A stretch of DNA of 18,445 nucleotides from Oligoflexus sp. (GTDB taxonomy: Bacteria; Bdellovibrionota_B; Oligoflexia; Oligoflexales; Oligoflexaceae): the NCBI GenBank assembly GCA_041736305.1, contig JBGSTX010000011.1, forward strand, positions 1-18,445. Reading direction: 5' to 3'. Every line of letters begins with the position of its first letter. Position 1 is the stretch's first letter. The position numbers and the translations under genes were made by a program. A model generated the notes under the pieces. It saw only the letters and a program-made list of their open reading frames with translations, was not told the DNA's origin and did no database searches. Of this stretch, positions 16,451-18,445 are shown piece after piece.

Positions 16451-17270
16451 ACTTGCGCCACCTCCGCGAACGGCTAGCGAATACTAGCACCAAGGGTAGA
16501 GAGAGCAGGAGGTAGACTCCGGCTGTGTTTCCCGTTCCCGTACCTATCGCACCGCAGCCGGTGAGAGCTTCAACCTGCTGTGATTCGCCTGGCTCCGGAT
16601 AGAGGAAACTGACTCCTGCTTCGTCATCAAGAGCCAGCTTAGCTCCCTCGTTGTCGAGCGAAGAGTAACTCATAATCGATGCATAGCTCGAATGGGGATG
16701 CCCGAGCCCGAGGCAATGCCCGAGTTCGTGGACCAAGGTTCGCAGAAGCGACTTGGCTCTGACCTTGGTATCGGCGACTGCGATGTCGCAGTCGTGGATG
16801 ATATGAACGTCCTCTTCATTCGGCGATCTATTGCCTTCATCCTGACTGATGAAATTTGGTGTCGCTACCGCTGCCACTGCCTTCGACTGCTATTCGTCGA
16901 CGACGATCGCAAAGTCTTCATCATTTTCGTCGAGAGTTGCTCCAGTGTTCTCGCTAACCTGGAGCTCGACATAGGCGGTCTCGACGCGATTCCAGGCGTT
17001 AACCGCTTCGCTTAAGAGCGCTTCCATCAGATCTTCGTCACTAGCATCGGCAAAGGCGCCCTCGAAAACGCCGTCTTTCTCACTCAACTCGGGAGCTTCG
17101 CCGTTCCAAAGGAAGTCCACGGTTGGGTTCGACGGGCTTATGGCCAAGTGCGGCTTCAGCTGATGAATATGGACGAATGCTGAAGCAGCAGAGCTACTCA
17201 AAAGAAGGTAGCCGCAGAGCCCGGGAACGAGCCGACTGAATTGTTTTGGACATTCTAATTTAGAACGCAT
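16443..17270 (-). pseudogene. Matrixin/M10-like metzincin with signal peptide and C-terminal sorting signal, interrupted by one in-frame TAG at 16890-16892 (pseudogene, sequence error or readthrough)
   Basis: ORFs 16890-17270 and 16443-16877 are in the same frame (...IVVDE*QSKAVAAVATP...). Signal ...SSSAASA, AVNAWN, HELGHCLGLGH, Met-turn SIMSY, and GCG-TM-RSRRWRK tail. Confidence 0.8.
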
Positions 17271-17721
17271 AGCTCAGTCCTATCCGTAGGGAGTAAGGAA
17301 ATTGCGGACCGTAGTTGGCGATGCCTATAACTTGCCGGTACTCGAGCTGTATTTTCAGGTTCTTCAAAATATCATTCGATTGAATACCGATCGCTTGATG
17401 CACGCCGACGCCTAAGCCTCCCGTGGTAAAGAGGACACCCCCGCCGAGCGCGGCGTAGATCTGCTTCAGGTAGAAACGCTGGCCATAGGAAATCCCCGGA
17501 ATCAGGCTAAAGACCATCTCGCGCTGTGCGTCGTTCACATAGCTTATCTGCCAATCCAGAGGATTGAGTGGTGGGACCGACAGCGGATTAGAACCGCCCT
17601 GTCCAAGGCTTGGTGGTCCTATTAAAAATTCCATAGAGCCAGCCTCAAGAGGCTCTGTAGCGAGCAGGAAAAGACTGAGACTGAAAACGCCGAGACTTAA
17701 GCAGCTTCGACTTGCGCTCAT
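17260..17721 (-). CDS. Small putative outer-membrane beta-barrel protein
   Basis: Signal peptide ...PLEA, Gly/aromatic-rich amphipathic strands, C-terminal LRIGLSYAF (BAM-type motif). Overlaps both neighbours. Confidence 0.72.
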   Translation of the reverse strand: MSASRSCLSLGVFSLSLFLLATEPLEAGSMEFLIGPPSLGQGGSNPLSVPPLNPLDWQISYVNDAQREMVFSLIPGISYGQRFYLKQIYAALGGGVLFTTGGLGVGVHQAIGIQSNDILKNLKIQLEYRQVIGIANYGPQFPYSLRIGLSYAF

Positions 17722-18224
17722 AGATTATATCCGACCGAAAAGTTGAAGACCGACTTCCTAGCCGTCGTCAGGAGGATGAAAGCAAGGCCCGCTGCAAAAA
17801 TATGTGAATCCCAGCCGACGTTCGCCGACCACTTTTCGTAGGTATAGATCTTGTAATGGAGTCCGAGGTTGACGCCCACGTTGAAGCTGTGCTTCGAGCT
17901 AGATTTGCTGGGTCCACTATCGCGAGCTGTATACTGGTCCATGACGCTTATACCGTAGACAGCGATCAAATCTTCCCATGGAAAAATATCTAGATTTTGA
18001 TCGAATCCTAGGATTCCATTAGCTTCTGTAAAAGATCCGAAGCGGCGGCCATAGAAATCCAATCGATAGTGGCGATCGCTGGCGTCGATCAGTGAGAGCT
18101 GGACCCCTGGATGGAGGAGAAAGTCGCCTTGTTCGATATAGCTCTGACCATAACGCAGCTCAAGCGCCTGGGCGGGACTTGTAATAGCGACCATGGCACA
18201 GATGCTGGCCAAGAGACGGCGCAT
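17718..18224 (-). CDS. Small putative outer-membrane beta-barrel protein
   Basis: Signal peptide ...PAQA, strands such as FNVGVNLGLHY, C-terminal FNFSVGYNL. GAGGG RBS. ATGA coupling to the next gene. Confidence 0.75.
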   Translation of the reverse strand: MRRLLASICAMVAITSPAQALELRYGQSYIEQGDFLLHPGVQLSLIDASDRHYRLDFYGRRFGSFTEANGILGFDQNLDIFPWEDLIAVYGISVMDQYTARDSGPSKSSSKHSFNVGVNLGLHYKIYTYEKWSANVGWDSHIFAAGLAFILLTTARKSVFNFSVGYNL

Positions 18225-18445
18225 GAGGACCCTCTATAGTAGCGATAAAAAAATGGAGGCTATCTACCAGATTAAGGGCCGTGAAGTGGCTCGTCAACTC
18301 TGTGAATTGGTTTGCAATTAAGCGACAGACGCGATTCTCCTCAAGCTGAAAGCCTACTTGTGACGATAAGGGAGCGAAATCCAGACGCTCGCAACTAGAA
18401 CTTTTCGGACTTTTCCTGGATAAAGCGAGCAGCTGTATTGACACA

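Noticed and set aside
18160-18444. 94-aa minus ORF and a TCAAG...GACGATAA sigma28-like motif near 18340-18369
   Set aside because: The ORF has no RBS or motif and overlaps the OMP start; the promoter-like motif has a 17-nt rather than 15-nt spacer.

Overview
Gene-dense bacterial chromosomal segment, roughly mid-50s % GC by eye. Gene content (PilZ protein, MltD-like transglycosylase, Cys-containing CTERM-anchored protease, many orphan outer-membrane proteins, sigma28-type promoters) suggests Bdellovibrionota/Oligoflexia-like bacteria; this is an inference. There are 19 credible genes, in order: AstE/AspA-family peptidase, large OM protein, stand-alone serine recombinase, two tandem CheZ-like/MCP-tail proteins, a minus-strand sppA-DUF58-batA-batB-TPR cluster with no MoxR, pentapeptide-repeat + PilZ pair, membrane protein + lytic transglycosylase, HPF/RaiA-like factor, and a translationally coupled OMP-OMP-metzincin-GAF/GAF histidine kinase operon. 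The best leads are: (1) an unannotated ~100-nt plus-strand transcription unit at ~4995-5097 with a sigma28-like promoter, an exposed anti-SD motif and an orphan terminator, divergent from the CheZ-like pair; (2) an in-frame TAG splitting the metzincin gene, while none of the 19 genes ends in TAG; (3) a run of back-to-back hairpins at 91-282 that looks like a structured RNA. No rRNA, tRNA, CRISPR array or transposase was seen.
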